A DNA stretch of 64,000 bases, from positions 502,091 to 566,090 of the forward strand of contig CAWEJX010000001.1 in the NCBI GenBank assembly GCA_963809485.1, written 5' to 3'. This document shows, piece by piece, positions 47,781-56,984 of this stretch; position 1 is the stretch's first letter, and each line of letters begins with the position of its first letter. Position numbers and translations under genes: made by a program. Below the pieces are notes generated by a model. The model worked only from the letters and a program-made list of their open reading frames with translations, was not told the origin of the DNA and made no database searches. The DNA is from an uncultured Acidobacteriota bacterium (GTDB lineage: Bacteria > Acidobacteriota > UBA6911).

Positions 47781-48103
47781 GGTTTTGCCGGGCCCGGTTC
47801 CTCGATTATTTTCATGAACTTATCGAAGCGATACATGGAAAACAGGTTGCTCAATTTGGGGTTGGGATTCGCAAGCAGGACACTGCCCCCGGCATCTTTC
47901 ATTCGCTTGAACAAGCGGATTACCTCGCCCACGCCGGAGCTGTCGACGAAAGGCACTTCTCTGAAATCTATGATTATCTCGCGAACCGGCTCCTTCAAAA
48001 TGGAATCCAGTCTCTTCTGCAGCTCCGGACAAGATTCATAGGTAACCTTTCCCCTGATGCGGACGATCCGGCGGTCATCGAGAGATTCAACTTGGATATC
48101 CAT
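47777..48103 (-). CDS. STAS domain anti-sigma factor antagonist
   Basis: IIDFREVPFVDSSGVG motif. Confidence 0.9.
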   Translation of the reverse strand: MDIQVESLDDRRIVRIRGKVTYESCPELQKRLDSILKEPVREIIIDFREVPFVDSSGVGEVIRLFKRMKDAGGSVLLANPNPKLSNLFSMYRFDKFMKIIEEPGPAKP

Positions 48104-48164
48104 GGCTCTTTAGGTCAAAATACTGTCACATTTCAACTGCCGGGGCAAGCACCTGATAGGTTCT

Positions 48165-48557
48165 ATGGTTTCCAGGTTTGTGATTCATCAGCATAAGGCC
48201 GGGAGGACGCACTTCGATCTGCGTATTCTCATAGAGGGCGTGTTCCGTTCCTGGTCCCTTCTCAGGGAACCGCCTCTCCGGCCCGAAGAGCGGCGGCTTG
48301 CAATCGAGAGGGAGAGCTTCCCGCCGGAATCCATGCGCAGGGCAAATTTAGAGGAGGAAGCCTTTGGGAGCGGACGGGTTTCGGCCTGGGATGAGGGGGA
48401 GGTCGAAGTCAACGTCCTGTCGTCGAGGCATTTGAGCCTGACCTTCCGGGGCGCAAGGATCTCCGGAAATTACGAACTGCGGCGCATGCTCTGGTATCCC
48501 GGAAACCGCTGGCTGTTGACCAGGAAGCCCCCCCAGGAGAACCGCAAATACAGATGA
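48165..48557 (+). CDS. Stand-alone LigD 3'-phosphoesterase-like domain protein
   Basis: RFVIHQH..THFDLRI..RSWS, RRLAI and GSGRVSAWDEG motifs. Confidence 0.8.
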   Translation: MVSRFVIHQHKAGRTHFDLRILIEGVFRSWSLLREPPLRPEERRLAIERESFPPESMRRANLEEEAFGSGRVSAWDEGEVEVNVLSSRHLSLTFRGARISGNYELRRMLWYPGNRWLLTRKPPQENRKYR

Positions 48558-48828
48558 GAACAACAGAAAAGGAGGCTGACGCTTCTGCAATTCCGCAACT
48601 TTGCGCCAATTGGGCCATCTTCCCGAATGGTACGGATCTTCGGGAACGATGGGTTTGGAGGGGTTGTCGCATTTGGCTTGACAGAACAGCCCCGTCCATA
48701 AGAACCTTTAGGCAAAACAGCTTGGCGAATATTGTTCTCGAAGCGTTCGTCGGGAACTTTGACGCCTTGAATAAGAATTGAAATTGGGTATGTCGTGTTC
48801 AGGACATTTTTCCCCAGGAGTAATGCAT

Positions 48829-49911
48829 ATGACCGGTAATGCTCAGCATCGGGTATCAAGACTTGTTGGCGCGGCCGTTGCCATCCTGATATTGTGTGGA
48901 GCCAGCGCATTCGCCCTTCAGGAAAAAATCTCGCCACTTTCCGACTACCAGTACAAGCGGGATTTTGCTCAATACGAGGCGATAAAGAAGGAAGCCGATG
49001 TGCAGAAACGGGCTGACCTTTTGATGGCTTTCCAGAAGGAGCATCCCATTTCGAGGATTCTTCTGTATACGGCTACGGATTACCTGGAATGTCTAAAACC
49101 GCACCTGGAAAAGAAAGACTGGGCCAAGGCCATCGCCATGGGAGAAGCGTTTCTGGCCTTGATACCGGACGACAAGACGGTTCAGGCAGCCGGGATCCCC
49201 GTGGGAGTGGAGGAATTTACCAAGGATCAGCTCCTACCCGCGCGCAAATTGATGCTGTCGTCCCTCCTGGCCGCGCATTATCAGTCCAATAACCTGCCGA
49301 AGGCGGCGGAGACTGCAGAAAAGATCTACGAAATGGCTCCGGACAAAGCCATGCTTCCCGTGCTGGCCGATATTTACCTAAAGCAGCCGAATCTGGACAA
49401 GTACCTGGAAGTAGGGCAGAAGATCCTTGCCGATCAGCCTATTGAGCAGTCCTATGCAACCGCCCTGCAAATGGCGCAGGTTTATATTCAGAAGCAGGAC
49501 ATCAAGTCCGCGACCGAGTTGCTAGCCAAGGTTATGGATGTTTACGGGGACAAGGTGCCTGCCGGAACCACCGAGGCCTCATGGAATCCTGCCCGAGCCT
49601 TCGCCTATGGAGTTATCGCAACAGGGATCTACGCGAATAAGGATTATGCGAAAGCCCAGGAACTGTACGAAAAAGTGGCCAAATTCGATCCCAAGAGAGA
49701 CGACGCCTACTACTTCATCGGCATGTGCAAATGGAACAGCAAAGACCCCGAAGGCGCTATTGAAGCCTTTGCCAAGTGCGCGGCATTGAATAAAACCTAC
49801 GCGGCAAGAGGGCAAAAATACCTTGAGGACCTGTACAAGGCGCGCCACAACGACTCCCTGGACGGACTCGATCAGGTGTTGTCCAAAGCGAAGTCGGACC
49901 TGGGAATTTAG
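48829..49911 (+). CDS. Exported tetratricopeptide-repeat protein
   Basis: AGGAG RBS, signal peptide ASAFA, TPR-like repeats (DAYYFIGMCKW). Confidence 0.8.
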   Translation: MTGNAQHRVSRLVGAAVAILILCGASAFALQEKISPLSDYQYKRDFAQYEAIKKEADVQKRADLLMAFQKEHPISRILLYTATDYLECLKPHLEKKDWAKAIAMGEAFLALIPDDKTVQAAGIPVGVEEFTKDQLLPARKLMLSSLLAAHYQSNNLPKAAETAEKIYEMAPDKAMLPVLADIYLKQPNLDKYLEVGQKILADQPIEQSYATALQMAQVYIQKQDIKSATELLAKVMDVYGDKVPAGTTEASWNPARAFAYGVIATGIYANKDYAKAQELYEKVAKFDPKRDDAYYFIGMCKWNSKDPEGAIEAFAKCAALNKTYAARGQKYLEDLYKARHNDSLDGLDQVLSKAKSDLGI

Positions 49912-50110
49912 CGAATCCCGATTACGAAAGAGGTGTCCGCGCTATGCCGGTTCCCGGTTTCTAACGATATGCTTCGAAAAGGGGCGCAGGCGGCCGGACA
50001 CCCTTTTCAAAATGCCCTGGAATAATCCAGGGGCCGAGTATAATATTTAGGTCTATTCGTTGGTTGTCCGCACTTGCACCGGCTTAGATCTCACTACAAA
50101 TAGGAGCCAT

Positions 50111-51448
50111 ATGGCCGAAAAAGAATCCCGGGCGAATAACACTCCTGCCGATAAAAAGATCTCCATCCAGGAAGCCCTGGATAAAGAAGGAGAGCAGCTT
50201 CACATCAGCGAGCTTCAAGCCCTGAATATCAAAGACCTTTCGAAGATCGCTAAAAAATACAAGATCGCCGAAGCCGGAAAGATGAGCAAGCAGGATTTGA
50301 TCTTCGCCGTGTTGCAGGCTCAGGCCGAGAAGCATGGCCTTATCTTCTCTGAAGGAGTGCTGGAAGTGCTTCCGGAAGGCTACGGCTTTCTCCGGTCGCC
50401 GGATTACAGCTATTTGCCGGGACCGGATGATATCTACATCTCGCCTTCTCAGATCCGCAAGTTTGACCTCCGAACCGGAGATATTGTTTCCGGACAGATT
50501 CGAATGCCCAACGAGGGGGAACGATACCTCGCCCTGGTAAAGGTGGATGCGGTTAACTTCGAGCCGCCGGAAGAAGCGCGCCACCGCATTTTCTACGACA
50601 ACCTGACGCCCCTTTACCCCCAGGAGCGAATCCAGCTGGAGACCGTAAGGGAAAATCTCTCGGCGCGTGTAATGGACATATTTACTCCGATCGGCAAGGG
50701 GCAACGCGGCCTGATCGTTTCCCCGCCGAGGACGGGGAAGACAATGCTGCTGCAGAATATTGCCAATTCGATCAGCGCCAACCATCCCGAGATATATTTG
50801 ATAGTTCTGCTGATCGACGAGCGCCCTGAAGAAGTGACCGACATGGAACGCTCGGTCAAGGGCGAGGTCATCAGCTCCACCTTCGACGAGCCTGCTTCAA
50901 GGCACGTCCAGGTCGCAGAGATCGTTATGGAGAAGGCCAAGCGCCTCGTGGAGCACAAGAAAGACGTGGTGATCCTGCTGGACAGCATCACCCGCCTTGC
51001 GCGCGCCTACAACACCGTGGTGCCCTCCAGCGGCAAAGTCCTGTCGGGCGGCGTGGATGCCAACGCCCTTGAAAAGCCGAAGCGCTTCTTCGGCGCGGCC
51101 CGCAAGATCGAGGAAGGAGGCAGCCTCACCATTATGGCGACCGCGCTGATCGACACCGGAAGCCGGATGGACGACGTGATTTTCGAGGAATTCAAGGGCA
51201 CCGGCAACATGGAAATCATCCTCGACCGGAAATTGGTGGACAAGCGCATTTTCCCGGCCATCGATATCAATCGTTCCGGAACTCGTAAAGAAGAGCTCCT
51301 GGTGGACAGCACCGACCTCAACAAGATCTGGATACTCCGGAAAGTGCTCAGCCCGCTTTCGATCGACGAGGCCATGGACCTGCTTCTGGACAAGCTGAGA
51401 AAATCGGAAAGCAATGGGGACTTCCTGACTTCGCTAAACAAGGGATAG
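50111..51448 (+). CDS. rho: Transcription termination factor Rho
   Basis: [42 protein letters not shown] and EEFKGTGN motifs; AGGAG RBS; TATAAT at 50039. Confidence 0.98.
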   Translation: MAEKESRANNTPADKKISIQEALDKEGEQLHISELQALNIKDLSKIAKKYKIAEAGKMSKQDLIFAVLQAQAEKHGLIFSEGVLEVLPEGYGFLRSPDYSYLPGPDDIYISPSQIRKFDLRTGDIVSGQIRMPNEGERYLALVKVDAVNFEPPEEARHRIFYDNLTPLYPQERIQLETVRENLSARVMDIFTPIGKGQRGLIVSPPRTGKTMLLQNIANSISANHPEIYLIVLLIDERPEEVTDMERSVKGEVISSTFDEPASRHVQVAEIVMEKAKRLVEHKKDVVILLDSITRLARAYNTVVPSSGKVLSGGVDANALEKPKRFFGAARKIEEGGSLTIMATALIDTGSRMDDVIFEEFKGTGNMEIILDRKLVDKRIFPAIDINRSGTRKEELLVDSTDLNKIWILRKVLSPLSIDEAMDLLLDKLRKSESNGDFLTSLNKG

Positions 51449-51683
51449 GTGCCTTCTCACGCTGTTATCTGCTTTTCACGGACCTGCGTGGAGTCCCAGA
51501 CGCGAGGATCCGCGTTAAACATCATCCGCTTGTTTCGGTCTTTGCTCCTATAAAAACCGTCCTTGGCACATTCCTTGGCACAATCCTGTGGGAAAGGCGG
51601 CGCAGCCTGACATCTGCCGGCATCAATGTTATATTTCATCCTTGCAGCCAAGGAAGCACATCGGGTGAGCATTGGAGGAACAA

Positions 51684-51884
51684 ATGCCGCTTTTTGAGTA
51701 TGGATGTCTGAATTGTGGCGCTGAATTCGAGCGTTTGGTTTTGAAATCTTCGGAAGAGGCACGTGCGCTCTGCCCAGCCTGCAACAGCCCCAATCTGGAA
51801 GAAAAGGTGTCCAGTTTCGCCTCGGTGTCAAAGGGCGGCTCCTCTTTAGCAGGAGCATCCGACTGCACGCCGGCCGTCGGCTGA
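51684..51884 (+). CDS. FmdB-family zinc ribbon protein (may extend to 51899 by Sec read-through)
   Basis: MPLFEYGCLNCG..CPACNS..SSFA; GGAGG RBS. Confidence 0.88.
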   Translation: MPLFEYGCLNCGAEFERLVLKSSEEARALCPACNSPNLEEKVSSFASVSKGGSSLAGASDCTPAVG

Positions 51885-51972
51885 AGCGTGAACCGCTAGC
51901 GCGGGCAGTTTGCCCGGACCTACGTAATTCACGCACGCCGCAACGATAACTATAAATCTCGAAAGGCTTTAT

Positions 51973-52377
51973 ATGGAAATCACAGTTGATTTTCCCGGAG
52001 GCTCAAGGGTGGACGCCCGGATAGGCAACTTCATAGTCCGAACGGACCAGCCCCAGGCCGCAGGCGGGGAGGATTCGGCTCCTTCCCCCTTCGAATTGTT
52101 TCTCGCTTCTCTTGCGACGTGTGCGGGATATTACGTTCTTGGATTCTGCCGGATGCGGGGAATCTCGGCAGAAGGAATCCGCGTAACTCAGCGCATAGAG
52201 CGCGATGCTGCAACCAAGATGGTTGCCAAAATCACGGTAGATATTCAGCTCCCCTCGGAATTCCCAAAGCAATATGTCCCGGCGGTTGTGCGTGCAGCTG
52301 AGTCATGTCTGGTAAAGAAACACCTTGAGAAGCCGCCGGCTTTTGAAGTGCGTGCGCTGGAAGCAAACGCGGGTTAG
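51973..52377 (+). CDS. OsmC family protein
   Basis: TDQP..GGEDSAPSPFELFLASLATC and CLVKKHL motifs. Confidence 0.9.
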   Translation: MEITVDFPGGSRVDARIGNFIVRTDQPQAAGGEDSAPSPFELFLASLATCAGYYVLGFCRMRGISAEGIRVTQRIERDAATKMVAKITVDIQLPSEFPKQYVPAVVRAAESCLVKKHLEKPPAFEVRALEANAG

Positions 52378-53432
52378 GCGGCTTTGGCCATTACCCGGGC
52401 CTCATGGTTAAGGCGCAGCAAAGTAATTCCGCTATGGCTGAGAGCGAAAAAGCCCGCTATCCAGGCCGGGGTCGTCAGGATGAAAAACAGCACCAGGGAA
52501 AAGCCTGTGGCGACGGAGCGGCTCACACCCATCAACTCCAAGCCCAGGGCCGCGAAAAATTGATAGGCGCCCAGGTTTGCCGGCGCGTTCGGGATGACGA
52601 CGCCCACGCGTATTATCAGCAGGACTAGCGCCGCGCTCCATGGAGTGAGCGGTATCCCGTAGGCAACGGCCCCAAACCAAAGCGCGAGCGCCTGCAAAAT
52701 CAGGGAAGCGAGTGTCAAGGCAAGCCCCGCAAAAAATCGGGAGGAGAATCCAATCTTGCGCATCCCGAGCGCGAGCTGGCCGATCATGCGGCCTATTCTC
52801 CGCATGCGCTCACTGCCTGAGTATTCCCTCCCTCTTGCCGAGTCCTTTTGTCTCCGGACCACAGCATAAAAAAATCCTGCAGCCAGGAGGATCACGCCGA
52901 ATCCAAAAACCTGAGCGCCTCTTTGAAAAGCCCGGGGCAAAGGGAGCGACAGAGTCGCCAGGGCTATTCCCAGGGCCAGCCAGATCCCCTCAGACATGTG
53001 CTCCACAATGATGGATGGGATAACATCGGAGAAATTCCTGGAATATCGCTTGGCAATCAGGTAAGCCCTCGCCAAATCGCCAAAGCGCATCGGAAGGACA
53101 TTATTGGTAAACAGGGCGACATAGACTCCCTGGATTGCTCTGAGTGGCTTGACCGGCGCCACCGGCTGCAGCAGGAGGCTCCAGCGGAATCCCTGGAGAA
53201 AATAATTCGCGCCATCCGCAGCAATCGCAAGCGCGACAAAACCCCAATTCAGCTGCCTGAGGCTTTCCAGCAGTTCTTCGGGGCGGGCGTTCGACAAGAC
53301 CCAGGCCAGACATGCTGCGGCGACAGCATAGCTCAGGATCAATTTCAACCGGCGGGGAGCTGCATTTTGCGAAGACCGGAGGTCCGGCACAGGTTCCGGG
53401 GCGCGCATTGACTGTTCCGGGCACCCAAACAT
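52374..53432 (-). CDS. Lysylphosphatidylglycerol synthase TM-domain (flippase-like) membrane protein
   Basis: RWSLLL, NNVLPMRFGDLAR and PNAPANLG motifs; multiple TM segments. Confidence 0.85.
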   Translation of the reverse strand: MFGCPEQSMRAPEPVPDLRSSQNAAPRRLKLILSYAVAAACLAWVLSNARPEELLESLRQLNWGFVALAIAADGANYFLQGFRWSLLLQPVAPVKPLRAIQGVYVALFTNNVLPMRFGDLARAYLIAKRYSRNFSDVIPSIIVEHMSEGIWLALGIALATLSLPLPRAFQRGAQVFGFGVILLAAGFFYAVVRRQKDSARGREYSGSERMRRIGRMIGQLALGMRKIGFSSRFFAGLALTLASLILQALALWFGAVAYGIPLTPWSAALVLLIIRVGVVIPNAPANLGAYQFFAALGLELMGVSRSVATGFSLVLFFILTTPAWIAGFFALSHSGITLLRLNHEARVMAKAA

Positions 53433-53547
53433 ACGAAATTGCCTCAGAAAAGCAGCAGGAAAGCTCTTGGACGCCGCCCGATGCAGATTAAACGAAGAAT
53501 TCGGGTGAGCGAAGTTCGAACGGGCAAACGGAACCTGGCCGTTCCGC

Positions 53548-54510
53548 TCATGCGCAGGCCAGCAGGGCTCTCTTCACCATGGCTTTGGCGATCGGGATCT
53601 TCCACTTATTTTTCTCTCCCGGAAGCACCCTGGCATCGGCCATAGCTGCAGCTCCGGCGGCATCCGCGCTGTCCGCGTCAATCTTCTTCCCGCGAATCGC
53701 CTCTTCGGCCTTTATTGCGCGATACGGCTTGTTGTAGACGGCATTCAAGCAGATTCTGGCATTGCCTTTGCCGGTTGCCGCCGCGCAGTTCACGATTGGG
53801 AAATCAATGCTTTTCCTCAGAGCAAACTTCACGAATCCGCTTTTTGTATCCGGTGCTGGAGAAGGAATCTGTATTTCGATAACAATCTCGTCTGATGCCA
53901 GCACCGTGGAACCGGGTATGGCCATGTCCCAAAATTTTTCAGCCTCAATGAGTCTCTTGCTGGTTTTTATCTTTCCGTCCAGAACGACGACGGCGGGAGC
54001 CGTATCGCTCGGGTTTACCGCCAGGCATGCTTTGACTGCACCGAATATCGAGTGATACCTGTTGTCTCCGGACATCGCATAGCAGGTCTTGCCGCCCTTC
54101 CTCAGGCAATAAAAGCGATTGTCTTCCTTTCGGAAATACCAGCAGCGTGTCATCTGACAAAGGTTACCGCCCAAGGTTCCCATCTCCCGTATGTGAGGGC
54201 TTCCAACGCTTGAAGCTGCCTGCGCCAGGGCAGTGTATCGGGATTTCACTATCGGGTTGCCGGCAATATCGTGCAGTTTCGTCAGCGCGCCTATTTTGAG
54301 CATTCCGCCTTCTTCTTTGATGTACTCCAATCCCTGAATGGTTTTCAGATTGATCAGGACGTCAGGGTAGGCTGGAAGGATTTCAAATCTCAGCGTACCC
54401 AGAAGATCCGTGCCCCCGGCGTTGATCGCTGATTTTCCCTTCTGCAGGGCAGCCACCGCCTCTTCCACCGATTTCGCATTGATATGAGCAAATTTATTCA
54501 GCGTTTTCAT
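53548..54510 (-). CDS. Xanthine dehydrogenase-family FAD subunit with [4Fe-4S] insert (PaoB-like)
   Basis: AGGTDL, IGAL, IREMGTLGGNLCQMTRCWYFR..C..KGGKTC and PSDTAPA motifs. Confidence 0.9.
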   Translation of the reverse strand: MKTLNKFAHINAKSVEEAVAALQKGKSAINAGGTDLLGTLRFEILPAYPDVLINLKTIQGLEYIKEEGGMLKIGALTKLHDIAGNPIVKSRYTALAQAASSVGSPHIREMGTLGGNLCQMTRCWYFRKEDNRFYCLRKGGKTCYAMSGDNRYHSIFGAVKACLAVNPSDTAPAVVVLDGKIKTSKRLIEAEKFWDMAIPGSTVLASDEIVIEIQIPSPAPDTKSGFVKFALRKSIDFPIVNCAAATGKGNARICLNAVYNKPYRAIKAEEAIRGKKIDADSADAAGAAAMADARVLPGEKNKWKIPIAKAMVKRALLACA

Positions 54511-54581
54511 GCCCCGTCCCCTCCTCTCCCTCACATGTGGGATTACATGTGGGAGCACTCATTGAATCACTGCAAACTCAT

Positions 54582-55253
54582 TCATTTGCCGGAGGACGCT
54601 TCCTGTACGGCCAGGATGTGCTGAGGATAAGTTCCGCAGCGGCAGATATTGCCTCCCAGCGCTTCTCGTATCTCGTTTTCCTTCGGCTTTGGATTGCGGT
54701 CCAAAAGGGCCTTGGCCGTCACAACGAATCCCGGCGTACAGTAGCCGCATTGCATGCAGTGGTTCAGCACATATGCATCAATAAGCTTGGATTTGGTCGT
54801 CGCCACGCCTTCCGCGGTCTCAATGGTCACGCCGTCGCACTCGCAGGCAAGCGTCATACAGGATAGCACCGGGCGCCCGTTTACGATTACGGTGCAGGAA
54901 CCGCAGGCGCCATAGCCGTTGCACATGTCCTTGACGGACAGGAAGCCCAGTTGTTCCCGCAGGACGTCGCGCAGCACAGCTTCCGGTTCCACCTTTATTT
55001 CGTATTTCCAGCTGTTCACTGTCAGTTTTATGCTTCGAGCGGACTCCGAGGCAGGCTGTACCGCAATGGCGTGCGAAGCGGCAAGTGCCTGACCCGCGGC
55101 TTTGCCCGGTGTCTGGGCGAGCACCCCGGATGCCCCATCGCCTCCGGTAACACCGAGAATCGCCACCGAGCCGATGGCAAAGTCCCTGCGCGATATGGGA
55201 CCCAGTCCCTCCTGGCTTTTTTCTTCCCTATCTTTTTGAGTTTTGTCCGGCAT
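54582..55253 (-). CDS. Xanthine dehydrogenase-family 2Fe-2S subunit with Tat signal (PaoA-like)
   Basis: SRRDF twin-arginine motif; CNGYGACGSC, QCGYCTPG and GNICRC. Confidence 0.9.
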   Translation of the reverse strand: MPDKTQKDREEKSQEGLGPISRRDFAIGSVAILGVTGGDGASGVLAQTPGKAAGQALAASHAIAVQPASESARSIKLTVNSWKYEIKVEPEAVLRDVLREQLGFLSVKDMCNGYGACGSCTVIVNGRPVLSCMTLACECDGVTIETAEGVATTKSKLIDAYVLNHCMQCGYCTPGFVVTAKALLDRNPKPKENEIREALGGNICRCGTYPQHILAVQEASSGK

Positions 55254-55379
55254 TAGGGCCTCCAACTGGCGCTTCAATGTGAGGATAGGCCATTGGGGCC
55301 CGTCCGCTTTTCATTTCCGCCGCATTCGGACCGCAGTGTAAATCATAGGTCTGCTAATTGGCAAGATGTTCAATCGTCA

Positions 55380-56116
55380 CTCTTAGCTGGTTTATGGGCC
55401 GACTCAACGAATTCATCGCCCGAGCCGCTAATAAAGAAGATAAAGTGAAGGGCCGATTCTGGGAAACCCGATTCAAATGTCAGGCCCTGCTCGACGAGGC
55501 TGCCATTGCTGCCTGCATGGTTTATGTGGATCTGAATCCCATCCGTGCCGGCCTGGCCCCAACTCCCGAAGAAAGCGACTTCACCAGCATTCAGGAACGG
55601 ATTCGCACCTGGCAGAACGAAACAGTCAGACAAGCCTCTCTTCCCAACGAATCGGCTCAAAATGCCCCGTCCGGATCTTTCCCAGACAACACCCAAATGC
55701 CTCAAGATAATAGGGATATTTCCGGATCTGTCCCCTGATCCAGCTTTGACGACTCCCTTAACTCTTCCTCTTCTGACGCTTCCTGGCTATGCCCCATCCA
55801 ATCGGATACCCATCGTCGCGGAATCCTTCAGATGACTGAATCCGATTACTTCAACCTGGTGGACCAATCCGGACGCCTGTTGCGGTCCGAAAAACGCGGC
55901 GCCATTAATCCTGATCTTGCGCCCATCCTGCTGCGCATCGGTGCGAATCCTCAAACCTGGACAGATACCATTTCCCGCTTCGGGCCCAGGTTCCATCTTG
56001 CAGCCGGCCTGCTTTCCAGTCTGCGCAATTTTGCCGATCAGATTGGCCGATGATGGCTGGTTGGCATATCCGCAGCTCGAACTGCCTTTGCAGCTCCGTC
56101 ATCACGGCCCGTCTGA
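55380..56116 (+). pseudogene. REP-associated tyrosine transposase (RAYT) remnant, 5'-truncated, with two in-frame TGA stops
   Basis: LSWFM..IAR.ANKED..GRFWE.RF..QALLDE..CMVYVDLNPIRAG. The same frame continues past TGA 55736 (WLCPI..DY..LVD..GR..KRGAI) and TGA 56051 (WLVGISAAR). No N-terminal HUH segment. Confidence 0.82.
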
Positions 56117-56332
56117 ACCATGCTTTTCTGCCAAATTCTCTGCACCCATCGGAAAGCCTCTTCTTAGTTTCGCAGATCTCCTCCAGCAATCCTCGATCTT
56201 CAGCTCATCGAGTACTGCCAGGCTGCCCCTATCGATTTACCGTATTCCACCGCGACTGTTTATAAAAGATGAAATCGAAAACGAACGATGAGGGGCAACC
56301 TACTCTATCTGCTCATTGCAATTATGGGGATA

Positions 56333-56452
56333 TCAAATATTGGGTCAAATATTGGGTGTCCATGTCCATTTGTCCATTTGACTATTTGACAAACATAAAC
56401 GGTGGGTGTCCACGTTTTTCCTCCCCACGCAAACAGTGGGTGTCCGCGTTTT
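56333..56452. repeat. REP-like GGGTGTCC repeat cluster
   Basis: TCAAATATTGGG x2, TGTCCAT x3, and two 22-bp copies of AAACRGTGGGTGTCCRCGTTTT (56397-56418, 56431-56452). Confidence 0.75.
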
Positions 56453-56515
56453 CAATGCCGCTGATGCCAAAAATCCTCCGTCCGACCCATTTTCTGACGT
56501 TGTGTGTTGAGAGCT

Positions 56516-56983
56516 CTATTTACGTCTACTTCGACATTTCGGAACAGTCATAACCCAACCATTGGCATGCTTGGAATCGACCACCAAAACGCAAGAATTG
56601 TGAATACGAGTTCCGTTGGGAACTGCCCACTGGAAATCTACACTATAAGATCGTTCCGCCAATAGGAGCTTCCAGGACTCTCTCTCAAAAGCTATTCCGG
56701 GTATGCCGGGAACTTGAATATGATCATGCTCTATATCTATAGAGAGCGTGACTTCCTTCGAATTGGCAACTTCGGGTGGGACCTCAAACTTGCCCTCTTG
56801 AACAGGGATTTGAATTGAATGATTATCGAAAGTGACGGTGATTTGATCAGGACTGCTCTTCTCTTGACCATCGTGCATCACCGTGAGATTTACAAAATTA
56901 GCAGGCTTCTGCTGTGCTGTTGAAGCAAGAACCAAAAACAACAGTAACCCGATGACTCTTGTTGTGCCGACAACTATCTTCAT
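56516..56983 (-). CDS. Exported hypothetical protein, putative Rhs immunity protein
   Basis: Starts 1 nt after the toxin stop; lower GC; signal peptide. Confidence 0.65.
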   Translation of the reverse strand: MKIVVGTTRVIGLLLFLVLASTAQQKPANFVNLTVMHDGQEKSSPDQITVTFDNHSIQIPVQEGKFEVPPEVANSKEVTLSIDIEHDHIQVPGIPGIAFERESWKLLLAERSYSVDFQWAVPNGTRIHNSCVLVVDSKHANGWVMTVPKCRSRRK

Positions 56984-56984
56984 C

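Noticed and set aside
51560-51587. Sigma-54 promoter within a TCCTTGGCACA tandem repeat
   Set aside because: The -12 element reads TTGG rather than TTGC, and there are only two repeat copies.
54530-54555. ACATGTGGGA duplication or hairpin between the Fe-S and FAD subunit genes
   Set aside because: Too short and isolated to interpret.
55736-56053. In-frame TGAs in the RAYT as selenocysteine or recoded codons
   Set aside because: They are not at Cys-equivalent positions, I saw no SECIS-like hairpin, and the gene is also 5'-truncated, so simple nonsense decay fits better.
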